Below are positions 1-12,678 of a stretch of 64,000 nt of DNA, one piece after another. Under the pieces are notes generated by a model. The model did no database searches. It saw only the letters and a list, made by a program, of their open reading frames with translations, and was not told where the DNA came from. The stretch's first letter is position 1, and each line of letters starts with the position of its first letter. Where the stretch lies: positions 9,672,001 to 9,736,000 of the forward strand of contig JBHGNT010000015.1 in NCBI GenBank assembly GCA_043228905.1. Reading direction: 5' to 3'. A program made the position numbers and the translations under genes. Origin of the DNA: Azolla caroliniana (taxonomy: Eukaryota > Plantae > Polypodiophyta).

Positions 1-1933
1 CGAACCTCCGGATTAACCCACCTTATCATAGCTACATCCAGTATCGTACAACACCGCATCATCCCGAGTATCGGAAGACAATCCGTCTCGATCACCACTG
101 CGGCTCTGATCAAATAATCCCGATCCGATTTTATCGCCGACACGACTCCCCACAGTTCTCTTTTGACTTGTGCATATCCACGTTGCCTTTCGTCGAGAAC
201 CTTTGCTCCGAATCGGATCGGATACCGTGAACCATCCGAGTCGGCTTGATTGATGACCCACCCGATACCGGTTGGACTTGTATCAACCGTTACTATGATC
301 GGTCGGTCGTAGCTCGGCTTCTTAAGTGCTTCCGCCCTCCGAAGTGTCTTCTTCAATTTCTTCATGGCTTTGGTGTGTTCCGGTTTCCATTCGAATTTCT
401 TACCTTTCCGCAACAAGTGGTAGAGCGGGTCCGCTATATGTGCATAGTGCGGAATCCATATGTGATAAAATGCACATGCACCAAGAAAACTTCGAACTTC
501 GGATGTTGACTCGCATATTTCCTCCATAGCTTGAATCGCATCGATCTTTGTTGGTGACGGTCTTCGGCCGTAGGGCCCACATAGATGTTCAACCACCAAT
601 ATTTCTTCTTGCCCGAATGCCGATTTCTCCCCGGAAAGTGTTAGGTGCACATCTTCTAGCTTTCGCAACACTTTCTCGCAATCATGAATATGGTCGACCA
701 CGAACTTTCGGCATCCCCGATCATCCATAGTCTCATCTTTTTCTTCTACCGCGCATCCTTTCATCGGAATGTCATCGAGGAACGGCATCGTTATCTCCGG
801 AATGCAGTCTCGAAGCACCTTGTTCATCGCGTTCATCATATGAGCAACCGAGTTTGTCGCTCCTTGTGGTAGTGTGCACATTCGGACTAATCCTATCGGT
901 GTTCGCATGGTTGTGATGTCTCGGCTCTCCACGGCTAGTTGGAATTGGTCATACCCCGAGTATAGGTCTCCGATGGAGTATATCGCACGACCGGCAAAAG
1001 CTTCCGCAAATTCGTCCACTATCGGACCGACTCCCGAGTTCCGTATCGTGACCTTATTCACCGGTTGCAAGTCTTGGATAAATCGGAGTGACCCATTCTT
1101 CTTCGGAACCGTAAACCATCAATTTGAGTACGGAGCAGTTGATGGCTCTAGAATCCCCGTCGCCACCTTCTCCTTGAGCAAGTCAATGACTTTCGGAATA
1201 TGCGCTCGTGGCACCGGAATCGGCTTCAGGTTCCATGGTACATGGTCAATCGTGAAGATCACCATTGGCTCCACTATTCTCGGATCGACGCACCCTATCT
1301 CCCTTGATGTAAATGCAAACGCTTTGCCGTGTTGCTCCAACATCTCGCGAAACCGTTCTTCTTCTTTTTGTAATAGGAACCCACCTCCACCGATCCGAAG
1401 TTTCTTCCAGGTCTCATCCGTGAAGGCATGTCCGATATCCACGGACTTCCGAAGTGTCGGATATCCCGAGACTTCTTTCCTCTTTTGTTCGCTATCGGCG
1501 GGTAGTGGTCTCGCGGCCGGTTTCACCTTCTTCTCTACGGTCTTGTATTTCGTACTTACCATTGCTTCTTCTTTGCGGAGCGTATCCGGCTCCATTTTCG
1601 CAATGATCTCGTACATCTCGACCGATTCCACCGGGACTACCCGGTTCCCTGGGCTTTTATCTTCCGCAAGCTCTTCAAGTCGTTGTAGCGTGCTCCCATA
1701 GAGCACTTCTTCGACTATCCCCATGATTTCTTCATCTTCTTTTATTATTGATGCCGACCGCAACTTATCCTCCACTTGTCGGTATCCTTTCTTCAATCCT
1801 CCGGTTACGGTCGTGTATGTAGATGCCCCATCCGGACCGATTCGTACATGTTTTGCTCCGAGAGTTTTCTTCCTGTGTGGGGTATGAGGGCTTCTCGGAC
1901 TATCACTTCCCCACTCCGCAACAGTCCGCTTTA
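1..1933 (-). pseudogene. pol: pol (RT, RNase H) of A1, in the -1 frame, with premature stops
   Basis: Frame is open from the slippery site to a CGA>TGA stop at 1119; homologous to 55207-58730; RT FLDD motif. Confidence 0.85.
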
Positions 1934-3883
1934 AAAATCCATTCTCACTTGGGACAAGAGTTCCCTCTTGTTCCTTTCGTGATTTGCCGGCACCGTTAGG
2001 AATTGGACGGATTTCCCACCGTTTTGGCTCCGAATTCGCGCAAAAGCCGCACCGCTATCGAGCACCTTCGTCTCCATCTGTGATGCCGTGATAAAGGGTT
2101 GGCCGAGGAAGACGGAATGTGAAACCTCATCTTGCACGAAGAAATTTTGGTCGATCTCGACATCCCCGATCTTCACCGTCACATCCGGACAAGCCGGAAA
2201 TAGATCTTCCGTTGCTTTGGTGGCCGCCCGAATCTTCCATCCATGGTTGGTGTTAATAGGCCACTTCCCCTTCCGGTAGAACTCCTTGGACATCAAGTTG
2301 ATCTCCGATCCGTGATCAATCAATGCTAGCACGGGTTCTTTGATGTTGCCGATTCGGACCGGAGTCTCCGTAGTCGCACGTGCCCAATGTGGCCTTGTAT
2401 AGTGGGAGTTCGGAATTTCGTCCTCCACTTCGGTGTCGTTCATTAAAACGGTGTTCGCATTCACCCTTGGAGCATTTTCCTCCGTACTTTGTCTTTTTCG
2501 CTTCACGAGATCCACGAGAAGATCGTGGAACTCCTTCTTTTCTATTCTGAGTAGCTCCGGAAGCGAGAAATCTACCCGGCTATCCAAGATCCTTTCCTCG
2601 AACACTCTTTTCAAGTCTGTTTGTTGTTCTATGTCTGAGGCGAGCTTGAATGCCGGAGTTGCCTTTTCTTTTCCCTTACCTCCGGAGTTCCAACTTTCCG
2701 GTATCTTCGATGGCCCGCCCGCATCCTCCGTGCATCGTCGTTTCTCGTCCACATACACCTTATGCAATTGACACAGGGCGTATACGCTATTCTTGTCGAC
2801 AGGGCACTCCCATCCCGTAGCTTCCCGGACGCCTTCCGCGTAGCTTCGGATCTCGTTGGAGTCGGTTTTCTCGGTGTTTTCTAGAACTTCCGGCCAAAAA
2901 GACGTCTTTGCTCTCGATGACTCCCCGACACATATTCCCGTGGTTGTCCCATAGTTGCTTCTTGCCGTCAATTCCTCCTCGAGCACCTTCTTCATGCCGC
3001 CTTTCCGGAAGTTCGGTCGGAGTGGCTTCCGAGAGTCCATCGAATGAATCCGGTTTCCCTCGTAGTAGATGAGATCTCGCCGTACCGCCTCCTTATGCTC
3101 GTCGCAATCCCTCCGATCGTGTTCGGCGCTATCGCACCATATGCACCGTCGGTCCGTATACTTGGAGCTTGTGGGGCGGTCATCCGACTTCTTCACCATC
3201 GCGATCTTCAGATTCTCCATCTCCTTCAATAGTTGCTCCACCGTAGATGCATCAATCCCCTTCTCGGTTGTAGTCTCCCGAGCCCTCGGTTCATGGTCTT
3301 CCAATTCGGTTCTCGGTTTCGGAATCGGTTCCGAAACCCTCTTTTCCTCGTTGGCAATCCATTGCCCCCTCTTCGTGTATCGCGTGACGATATCCCGCAC
3401 GCTTTCCCATGTTTCGGTGAGGCCACTCTCCGTGGTCGTGTCCTCCAAGAGCACTCCAAGATCTTTCCGGTCCCGGACGTCCACGGCTCGCAAGAACATG
3501 ATCACCTTGTCTGGTACGAGGATAGCTTGATCTCTAGCAGACAACCTCCCGAACCGGCTTTCGAATGCCGAAAACACATAAATGACCTTCAATCCCTTGT
3601 CTGGCGTCTCCACCCAATCTTCGAATCCCCTTCGCGTCGCCTTGGAGGAATCCTCGATGGCGAACATCCTCTTTAGCTCTTCTTCAAACGCCTCCCATGT
3701 CGGATTTTGTTGTCGTAGCCCATGGATGCTTGCTTGAAGCCCGTCGGTCCCCACCCGGTTGAAGGACGTCACTTGCAGTCCTTCCGATATTCCGCACCGT
3801 AGCATCTCCGCCTTGTAGTCCTGAAGATACCGCGACACGTCTTTCCCGTTGAATTGCCCGTTTCGTTGCACGAGCCGCTCCAC
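1931..3883 (-). CDS. gag: Gag-aspartic protease polyprotein of A1 (true start probably ATG at ~3973, with an upstream frameshift)
   Basis: 650-aa ORF; CIWCDSAEHDRRDC zinc knuckle; retropepsin motifs LIDHGSEINLM and FLGQPF. Confidence 0.88.
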   Translation of the reverse strand: MERLVQRNGQFNGKDVSRYLQDYKAEMLRCGISEGLQVTSFNRVGTDGLQASIHGLRQQNPTWEAFEEELKRMFAIEDSSKATRRGFEDWVETPDKGLKVIYVFSAFESRFGRLSARDQAILVPDKVIMFLRAVDVRDRKDLGVLLEDTTTESGLTETWESVRDIVTRYTKRGQWIANEEKRVSEPIPKPRTELEDHEPRARETTTEKGIDASTVEQLLKEMENLKIAMVKKSDDRPTSSKYTDRRCIWCDSAEHDRRDCDEHKEAVRRDLIYYEGNRIHSMDSRKPLRPNFRKGGMKKVLEEELTARSNYGTTTGICVGESSRAKTSFWPEVLENTEKTDSNEIRSYAEGVREATGWECPVDKNSVYALCQLHKVYVDEKRRCTEDAGGPSKIPESWNSGGKGKEKATPAFKLASDIEQQTDLKRVFEERILDSRVDFSLPELLRIEKKEFHDLLVDLVKRKRQSTEENAPRVNANTVLMNDTEVEDEIPNSHYTRPHWARATTETPVRIGNIKEPVLALIDHGSEINLMSKEFYRKGKWPINTNHGWKIRAATKATEDLFPACPDVTVKIGDVEIDQNFFVQDEVSHSVFLGQPFITASQMETKVLDSGAAFARIRSQNGGKSVQFLTVPANHERNKRELLSQVRMDF

Positions 3884-3990
3884 TTATGCCACTATCTCCG
3901 ACATCGCGCGTTGTTCTTGTAGCATGCGCTCGAACATCATCATCATGTTGCTAGCCTCCGGTTGATTTTCCATCTCCTTGCCACCCGGTT

Positions 3991-4008
3991 TTCACGTCGG
4001 GTTCACCA
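3991..4008 (-). other. Primer binding site complementary to the 3' end of tRNA-Trp
   Basis: Plus strand TTCACGTCGGGTTCACCA matches the recalled 3' 18 nt of plant cytosolic tRNA-Trp; identical at 60748-60765. Confidence 0.85.
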
Positions 4009-4012
4009 ACTA

Positions 4013-4732
4013 TGTCGTGCCTTTCGGCTCCGGATCGTTGCGTGAGTCGGGTGGGAACCGCCGAGGTTTTGGACTAGGAGGAAGAAAAATACAAATAAGG
4101 CTAGTAAAGAATAGGTATAAAGAGTTATAAGATAAGAATCTTGTGAATCCCACAAGTTTAGTATACTTAGTCAATATTTAGGTAGTAAGAGAGAATTATT
4201 TTAGCAAATTCGTGAATCCCACGAATATTTTAGATTGATCGATCATTATAGACAAAAAAATCAACAAAAACTACAATGTGCTCCCCATCCTTATATAGTG
4301 ATGGGAGAGACTAAGCATAGCTACATGCTTTTTTCTAATATGCACACTAAATGTGCATGTGATGCTTTTCTAATCCTTGCTTTTATTTGCTAAATATAGT
4401 GCTCATGCACGCTAGATGTGCATGAGTCACTTTTTAGTTGCTTGCGTTTTTCTATAAAATATTCACGCACTCTAAAAATGCATGATTTACCTTTTAATAA
4501 AGGTAGGCGCAAATAAAGCACTTATAGTTATTAAATCTATTTTTAGAACACTAAAGATAAGGTAGCATAATGGTAAAGTTGAGGTTTGGCTACGTGGAGG
4601 TATAGGGTTTGAATCTTGCCTTATGCACATGATAAATATTTTGATATATTATTTATTTATTTATTTATATGTATCTAAAATCGGATATATTATTTTATGG
4701 TTTTCACGTAGTGTGTGGAATACACTACGACA
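4013..4732 (-). repeat. Family A LTR (5' LTR of A1)
   Basis: TG...CA with 6-bp inverted termini; homologous to 44298-45026, 54546-55150 and 60776-61230. Confidence 0.92.
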
Positions 4733-6248
4733 ACGCGATGAACAAGGTGCTTCGAGATTACATTCTGGAGATAACGATGCCATTCCTTGATGACATTCCG
4801 ATGAAAGGATATGCGGTAGAAGAAAAAGACGAAACTATGGATGATTGGGGATGCTAAAAGTTCGTAGTCGACCATATCATGATTGCGAGAAAGTGCTTCT
4901 AAAGTTAGAAGATGCGCACCTAACACTTTCCGGGGAGAAATTGGCATTCGGACAAGAAGAAATATTGGTAGTCAGACATCTATGTGGGCCCTACAGCCGA
5001 AGACCATCACCAACCAAGATCGATGCGATTCAAGCTATAAAAGAAGTATGCGAGTCACAATCCGAAGTCTGAAGGTTTCTTGGAGCATGTGCATTCTATC
5101 ACATATGGATTCCGCACTATGCACATATTGCGGACCCAATCTATCACTTGTTGCAGAAGGGTAAGAAGTTCGAATGGAAACCGAAGCATACCAAAGCCGT
5201 GAAGAAGGTCAAGAAATCACTACGGAGGGCAAAAGCACTAAAGAAGCCGAACTATGACCGACCGATCATAGTAACGGTTGACACAAGTCCAACTAGAATC
5301 GGATGGGTCATTAATCAAGCCGACTTGGATGGTTCATGATATCCGATCCGATTCGGAGCAAAGGTTCTCAATGAAAGGCAACGGGGATATGAACAAGTCA
5401 AAAGAGAATTATGGGGAGTCGTGTCGGCAATCAAATCGGATCGAGATTATTTGATCGGAGCCGAAGTAGTGATCGAAACAGATTGTCTTCCGATACTTAG
5501 GATTAATGTAGTGTTGCACGATACCGGATGTGGCTATGCTAAGGTGGATTGCATATGTTAAGTCACTTAATCCGGAGGTACGACACATCTCCGGAAAAGA
5601 CAACGCAACACGGTAGCGGATATGCTATCAAGGGCACGGTTCGGAGATGACATAACCGAATCCGATAATGAGGAAGTTTCTGAAGACTACTTTGCTTCGG
5701 AGCACATATGTCGGGTGAACGTAATCCAACAATTCCGAGAAGAAGAATACGAGGGAGAAAGCTTGCTGATCGGGAAAGTGCTACAAGAAATCAAGGAATC
5801 ATCGGACAATTAAGAGAAGAGAGCCGAGATCCGAAGTAAGAAGCAGCAAGTCCGAAAGTTCTTCTTGAAAAATGGATTAATATGGAGGGAGCCAAAAAGA
5901 CCAGATGGCATACCACTTTGGCTAGTCAGAATGAAAGAGCAACGAAACCAGATAATGTCCAAGTTTCACGAATCCGATTGGGCTGGACATCGAGGAACAT
6001 GGGCAACTTTTGTGAAAATCAAACAAAAATATTGGTGGAAGAATATGTACAAAGATATAGCGGAGTTCACGGAAAGGTGTGAGAAGTGTCAAATCTACTC
6101 CGGAGTTCGACACCGAGATGAGTTGCATCCGACATTCTCACCGACAATCAACTTAAAATGGATGGTCGATATTGTAGCCATGCCAACCGGGATCGGACAA
6201 AAGAAGTACTTGGTGTTAGCTCGGGAAGATCTCACAAACCAAGTAGAT
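4733..6248 (+). pseudogene. pol: Older family A pol fragment (RT end, RNase H, integrase zinc finger) into which A1 inserted
   Basis: MPFLDDIPMKG; IIVTVDTSP; HESDWAGHRG...CEKC; multiple stops. Confidence 0.88.
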
Positions 6249-7552
6249 TGCCTGACGAAATTGGCGTTCCTCATCCTGAGGTAACTCTTGTCGTAAGGAT
6301 GACATCGAAAACCTCTCCTCCTCGTCATCTAATTCGAGTTGTAACGCTCGTTCAATCACCATATCCGTCGTTTCCCCTTTCACGCTATTGCTGTTGAGCG
6401 TTGCCCAGATGGGCCGGCGTAACGCTGCCAGAAATGTCTCCAGAGCCTCCTTCGCGGGGCTTCAATCCATTTTCCGTCGTAAATTTTGGAACCGTAAGCT
6501 GAAGTCTGCTATCGTCTCGGTCAGTAGTTGCTTAATTGTATAAAACTGCCCGAGAATCTCGCGTTGTGGAACCCTCTGGTGGAAAAAACGCAAGAAGGAG
6601 GACTGCAGCTGATCGAAGGTTGTTATGGCTGGTAAATCCATCTGTGAATGCCAGAACACCGCACGCCCAGCTAATGTTAATCCGAACTCCGTCATTTTCG
6701 ACTGGTGTGCCACCGTCTTGGAAAGGTTCTGTGCCATGTGGTTCGCATTCCAAACGTTCAAGAACATGCGAATATGAGTTGCAGCGTCGATTTCGCCATT
6801 AAAGTGGGGGTAGGCAAAGGCCATCGTGGGAGCTACGACGCATCAGAAAAGGTCACCGGGTGGCTGCGGTAAGCGTGGTCCCCTCGCCTCGTTGAGGTAT
6901 TTGGGAAGCAAGGAATCCCCTTTGCACTCCTGGCAGGTATTACTGGGGTCGCCGATGCGCGGCTTTTGTCGGGCGCGTTCTTCTACCTGGCGTGTGACGA
7001 ACCTTGTTATTGGCCGGTCTTGTCTTGTTGGTTCTCTGGGTCGTCTGCTGCTAAACATCCATTCGTTGTTGCTCGTTAGTGAGGAAACACAGATCATCGG
7101 GCGTGCCAAAAGTGTTGCCTCTTAGGAACACGGTCCGTGGTCAGTCCGTCGACCTAGACCCCAAGGTGAGTGGGAACAACGAACAGAGCTTAAGCGTACT
7201 GCGTAAGAAGAGAACCGTTGTGGTTCCTCCGTGTGTAAGGGGAGACGGCTACAACCGACTCCTTATCACAGGTTGCGCTTACGTACTACTACGCTTACAT
7301 ATCCGAGACACAGACACTGAATTAGTCGTAGCTATACACAGAAACTCAGAAAAGATAGTATTCTATTATCAGGCGTTCTTTTACAATTCTCAAAATTTAC
7401 ACGCACCCCCTTCAGAGGTTTTCTGCCCTTTATATATGCAGGGTCTAATTAGCCGTTCACGCGGGGAAGCATGAACCGTTACATACGTTACGCTTTATAT
7501 AGTTTCTTATTCCTACGCTTTTGGCTGTCGGTTACTATTCCGGCAGACAACA
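6249..7552 (-). mobile_element. Truncated Ty3/Gypsy (Tat/Athila-like) element G: 5' LTR, PBS and gag
   Basis: LTR 7113-7552 TGTTG...CAACA; PBS TGGCACGCCCG (7098-7108, tRNA-Arg-like); retrotransposon Gag-like ORF 6462-6824. Confidence 0.72.
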
Positions 7553-8684
7553 TTCATGTGCTCCGCCATGCTGGAGCCATCTTGGTACCGGAGTCTTACT
7601 AGCTTCCGGAATACCGAAACCGGATTAACAGCATTTTTATTCTGAAACATAATGCCGATCTTCTCCCAGAGCTCATGAGCCTTGCTCTCTTCATTGAAGT
7701 TGTTGTATAGGCTCATGTCGATGAAGCACCGTATGTACGCCGTTGTCTTCATGTGCATCACCTCCCATATCATGGCGTCGATTTTGTCCAATCTCTTGTC
7801 CCCAAACTGAACCGGCAGCCAAAGATCTTTAACCACAAGCATGTCCCTCATCTTCGACTTCCATACCGAATAGTTGGAGCCCGTGAGCTTGAACATGCCT
7901 CCCAACGAATCGTCCATTTTTATGTGTCGTTTCGCTCTGATACCACTTGACAGGAACTAAACGCTCCTTATGCGCAACGCTCGGCCACAACCAAGCTTAG
8001 AATCATACACAAAACCAGGAATGAATGCACGACACAGTGAAGAGAAGAGTACACAGGATGTTTGCGTGGAAAACCCAAACTAGGGAAAAAACCACAGCAG
8101 CCCACAGGCTGCAAACTATCACTATGTTACAGTGTACAACAGTAAAGCACCGAGGCAACAACCTCGAGCTTTCTATCTTTGCCACAGGCGGTGGTTACAA
8201 CAAAGGCAACAACCTCTTCCTCTCTCTCTCTCTCTCTCTCTCTGTACACAGTTACGCGCTCTGATCTTGCACACACCAGAATAACAACAACACTCTACAT
8301 CATCGCCAATAAGTTTGCCCTAAGTCATATTTATACTAATATGACTTTCCGGCTATTTACAAATATAGCCTCGTTGGACTCTCAGAAACATATTTATGAA
8401 TATGTCTCTTCATCCGGTGAGCACTTCTCACCGGGTCTGCACCATTCGGCTCTCCGTAGCCGGGTACTCCTCATCCGGTTCTCACCGGGTCTGCACCATC
8501 CAGCTCTCCGTAGCCAGGTACTCCTCATCCGGTTCTCACCGGGTCTACACCATCCGGCTCTCCGAAGCCGGGTACTCCTCATCCGGTTCTCACCGGGTTT
8601 GCACCATCCGGCTCTCCGAAGCCGGGTACTCCTCATCCACACTGTTCTTCTCCCTTCCCATCCGGAGGGACCTGTCTCCCAACA
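7553..8684 (-). mobile_element. Truncated Ty1/Copia family F (F1): 5' LTR 7948-8684, tRNA-iMet PBS, gag N-terminus
   Basis: PBS TGGTATCAGAGC (7934-7945); gag MDDSLGGMFKLTGSNYSVWKSKM; interrupted by the G LTR at 7552. Confidence 0.88.
8415..8640. repeat. 57-bp tandem repeat (~4 units) in U3 of the F1 LTR
   Basis: Unit ...CCGGTTCTCACCGGGTCTGCACCATCCGGCTCTCCG...; 19-aa periodicity in the overlapping ORFs. Confidence 0.92.
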
Positions 8685-8934
8685 AAATTTGGAGCTCGCA
8701 TGGGGGAGATATGACGCTTAGAAGGTCAATGTGTCATAACTAAAAATAGGAGATACAAAACTTCTAAAAAAAGCGTGAAAATGAGAAGAAGAAGATTATA
8801 AGAAGTGAGAACGGGAGATATAAGAAGTGATGCCTTTATAATAAGGAGAGACGAGTAAGGTGGTTGAGTTTTGGCCTACTTCTTGTGATGTTTTCTTGCC
8901 CATTCATGCATGTAATGTGGTTGAGCCATTATCA

Positions 8935-11750
8935 ATAGATCTTTGTGGTTTTGGATTTATATGTCTTCAATACGCCTCAATGGTAAATGGATTTTCGGGA
9001 TCAATGTGACCTAGGATAGGAGCTTATGTGAATGCCTCTTTCAGCTAAGTAAATGCCTTGTCCACTTCGATAGTCCAAATAGATGCTTGATTTTTCTTGG
9101 TGAGTTGGGGGAGGGGCAACACAATGGTTGAATAATTACATATGAATTTGTGATAGAAGTTGGCAAACTCGAGCAAACATTGGACATCTCAAACTAAACA
9201 TGGGGGTTGTCATTCTAATATTGTTTGGACTTTTGTTGGATCCATGAAAATACCTTTGAATGAAATAGTGTATCCCAAAAATTCGACTTGTTTGCAATCA
9301 AAACTGCACTTCTCAAGTTTGGCATAAAGACCATACTTTCTTAGGCGTTCAAGTACTTTCCACACATGTATATCATGCTCCTCATGTGTTTTAGAGTAAA
9401 TCAATAGATCATCTAAGTATATGAAGAGAAAGATATCCAAGAAATCCCACAAAATGTCATGTGCCATATGTTGAAAAACTACGGGTGCATTTGTGAGCCC
9501 GAAAGGCATGACTATATACTCGAAATGAACATACCGAGTGCCAAATGTAGTTTTCCACTCATCTCCCGATTGAATTCGAACAAGATTATATGCACCCCTA
9601 AGATTAAGTTTGGTAAAATTCGTTGCCCCACCAATGCACTCTCAAAGACTGGAGATTAAAGGTAGAGCATACCTATTTTGTATGGTGACTTTAAGCCTCG
9701 ATAGTCCACGACCAAACGAAGCGAGCCTTCCTTTTTCTTCACAAAAAAGATAGAAGCACCATCTGGAGACTTTGAATGTCGAATAAACCCATGTGCAAGA
9801 TCCTCCTCAATGTATTCTCAAAGAACCTCAAGCTTAGTTGGTGATAGATTGTAGACCGAACCCCACGGTGGCACTTTTCTTGGTTGGAGGTCAATGGGAC
9901 AGTCGTATGGCCGATGCTTTGGTAGTACACTAGCTTTGACTTTGTCGAAAACATCAACATATTCTTGATATTTTTTGGGAATTGGATGTCTGAATTCCCT
10001 TGAGTGGCACTAGAAGGTGACACTGATACTGCAAATAGGAAAAGATCCTCCTTTCCTCCCACTTGGCATAATTGTTGCAATGTGATGGTTGAAATTTGAT
10101 GAAAAGGAGGTTGTGCATTGATAGAACTACATTCTTTAAGGAAATAATCCTAGGTTCTATCCTTGGCAATGATGTTCTCTGTTGAAGGGAACCAAATTTC
10201 TCGCCTCCTCTAATCGATTATTGGGTTATGTAGCTCAAACCATGGCAAACCGAGGACAATTGGATGCTTAGAGCTACGGATTATGTTAAAGGAAACTACA
10301 CTTCCTAAATCACCTAAGAGTATATGGATTGGCTCAGACTCTTCGAATATCTTCCCGGAAGCTATGGGACGTCCATCAATTGAATCCCTAACTAGGCAAG
10401 GAAATGTATGCAAGGATATTTGGTGTTTTTGGGCAAAATCTCTATCCATGAAACAAGAATTGGCGTCGGTATCTAAGAGGGTTTGAACCTGAAGTTGACA
10501 AATCGGTGTCCTAACTTGTAGTTAGGGTGAGAAGACTCTACTAACAGGCTTGGAAGAAATGGAACCCACACTAGGTTGTACAGATCTAGGGTTGTCCAAC
10601 CAAATGGCTCCTATTTTGACCGGATTATTCGTTTTACTCCTCTTCTAATTGGCTTAGGATTATCTTCAAACTTATTGGACAGGGGTGGATTATTCATAAT
10701 ATTAGAATCACTAGATACTTCTAAAATGTTGGACTCATTTTAATTGTCATAGTGAATTTGATTTACCTGGCGTCTTGGCTTGCGGGAGCAATGAATGGCT
10801 ATATGTCCTGGACCTCCACAATATAAGCACAGACGGCTTGCTCGTCGTTGTTGCTTCTCTTTGTCCGACAACAGTCGTCATTGTTGGGTCATGTTGATCT
10901 CCATGGGTATAGGTCTATCCATTGGGACTGGACTACGTGTTTGCCTTAGAGATGATTGCACCATTACTGATGCATAAGTTGGTATGACTCTTGATCTTGT
11001 TATTTGTTGTTGTCGCTCACATCGATGCTCAAAAACGTAATTATCACACCATATTACTTGACTAATACCTTCTGTAAGTGATTTTGGGTTCTCAAGAAAG
11101 GTAAGAAGTAAGACTTTGACATCACTACGAAGACTGGAACGAAATTGTTTCATTAGGGCTTGTCCATCCCAAGGAATATTGCTTACGATGAGACGAAAAT
11201 TGGTTGCATATGTCGATGTTGGTTGATCACCTTCAGAGTGTACGAATCTTGTTGATTGTTTTTCTTGCCCCATCTGTATCTCCGAAGCAAGCCCTAAATT
11301 CTTTGAAAATTCCTCGAAGTTATTCAGTAGAGGAGAATTTGTCTCTAGTAATGGAGCAAATCACGATACCTCTAACCCGACTCATGATGCATCTATTTGA
11401 TAACAAATGGGATGAATTTGAATTACCAACCGTACTTGATTCAAGAAATATCGAAAATGCACCCTCAAACCATCAAATTTAGCTAGGAGGCTGATTTTGG
11501 GCTCATTGATCATGCCTTGACCTTCGACCCTTTGTTGTTGTAAAACTACGATTGTCAACTCTAACTGTTGAACCCGTCACGTAAACTCCTCTTGTTGTTG
11601 TTGCTTCTCCATAGTAACCTTTTCTAGATCTCCAAGTAGATGTTGATTCTCTAATTCAAGAGATGTGAACTTGGATTTAAGATTCTCCATTTCTGCAACA
11701 AGGGTGAGATATTCTTCTAAGATTCTCCATTTCCGCAACCATTTCTCCAT
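8935..11750 (-). mobile_element. Degenerate Tcn1-like chromovirus (E): gag, PR and RT remnants
   Basis: ORFs homologous to 39955-42700 (MPFGLTNAP, YLDD, VLGLPWFELHNP, IPWDGQALM); many stops. Confidence 0.87.
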
Positions 11751-12049
11751 TCTCCTTACAATAATAAATATATTACAAAAGTAGCTTTTATGGATTACAA
11801 GGTCCGAGGTTCAAGTTCGAGTGATGCTATTGTTCATGGCACTATCCTGGGCATGCTCTTTTCCTCCAACATTTCCTTGGCCGCTTCTACCATTGTCTGG
11901 TTCCATCATTCGGCCATGCCCTTCTATTCCGGCGTGTGAGTAAGTGCAGGAGAACTCCCTCCGGATTCCTTTGGTCTACTGGTGAACTAGCAGGAAAGAG
12001 TACCGCGGACACTTGATTTTCCTCTCTATTTCCTTATCAACTAAGCTTT

Positions 12050-12678
12050 TTAGGTCCCAGAAACAGGAGAATACATATTCGCTCTTCTTATCAATGACGT
12101 ATACCCAAGTGTGTCAACTGAAGTCGTTGATGAATATGAAGGAGATGACAAATCGACTCTCGCCCATGCTCACGCAGCTTGTCGATGCCCATACATTCAT
12201 GTGGATCAAATTGATCTGATTCTAGCTCCGATTCTTCTCATTGGGGAATGGAAGCCTATGTTTATTCCTGAGTTGACAAGCTTCACATATCTCAGCCATC
12301 CATCCACTAAACTTCGGCAATCCAAAAACAACCTCCTTCAGTTGCAATTCATGAAGCTTCTAATAGTTGATGTGGTTGATCCGCTTTTGCCATAGGTCGA
12401 TGTCGGATTCAACCTTTTGTCCTTTTGCAAACATTATGGCACAACATCATTTGTTTTGAGGATAAACATCCTCTCGTCTCTGCGCCCACATGCGATCAGC
12501 CGGCCCTCATCTTCAATGAAGTAGCCGAGGTGATTAAATCGAACCTACATTCCTTGCTCGACAATCTATTTGACAAATACCAAGTTCTTCGCAATTCTTG
12601 GAACATGCAACATGTTTCATATCAACCCTTTTTATCCAACATGGGTGAGTGGTACATCACCCACGTGTCTGATGGGGT
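12050..12678 (-). pseudogene. Older Copia family H fragment (H0, protease to integrase), left part; host of H1
   Basis: Homologous to 16200-16780; continues at 18419 across the TSD. Confidence 0.78.

Larger units (their letters stand above)
1..4732 (-). mobile_element. Ty3/Gypsy non-chromovirus LTR retrotransposon, family A copy A1 (3' part runs off the window)
   Basis: 5' LTR 4013-4732 (TGTCGT...ACGACA termini); PBS 3991-4008; Gag with CX2CX4HX4C knuckle, then protease LIDHGSEIN, then RT (FLDD) and RNase H. Confidence 0.93.

Noticed and set aside
874-1701. 275-aa plus-strand ORF
   Set aside because: Antisense shadow of family A pol; no recognisable motif, and broken in the A3 copy.
8179-8743. 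Repetitive ORFs of 82-180 aa
   Set aside because: Produced by the 57-bp LTR tandem repeat.
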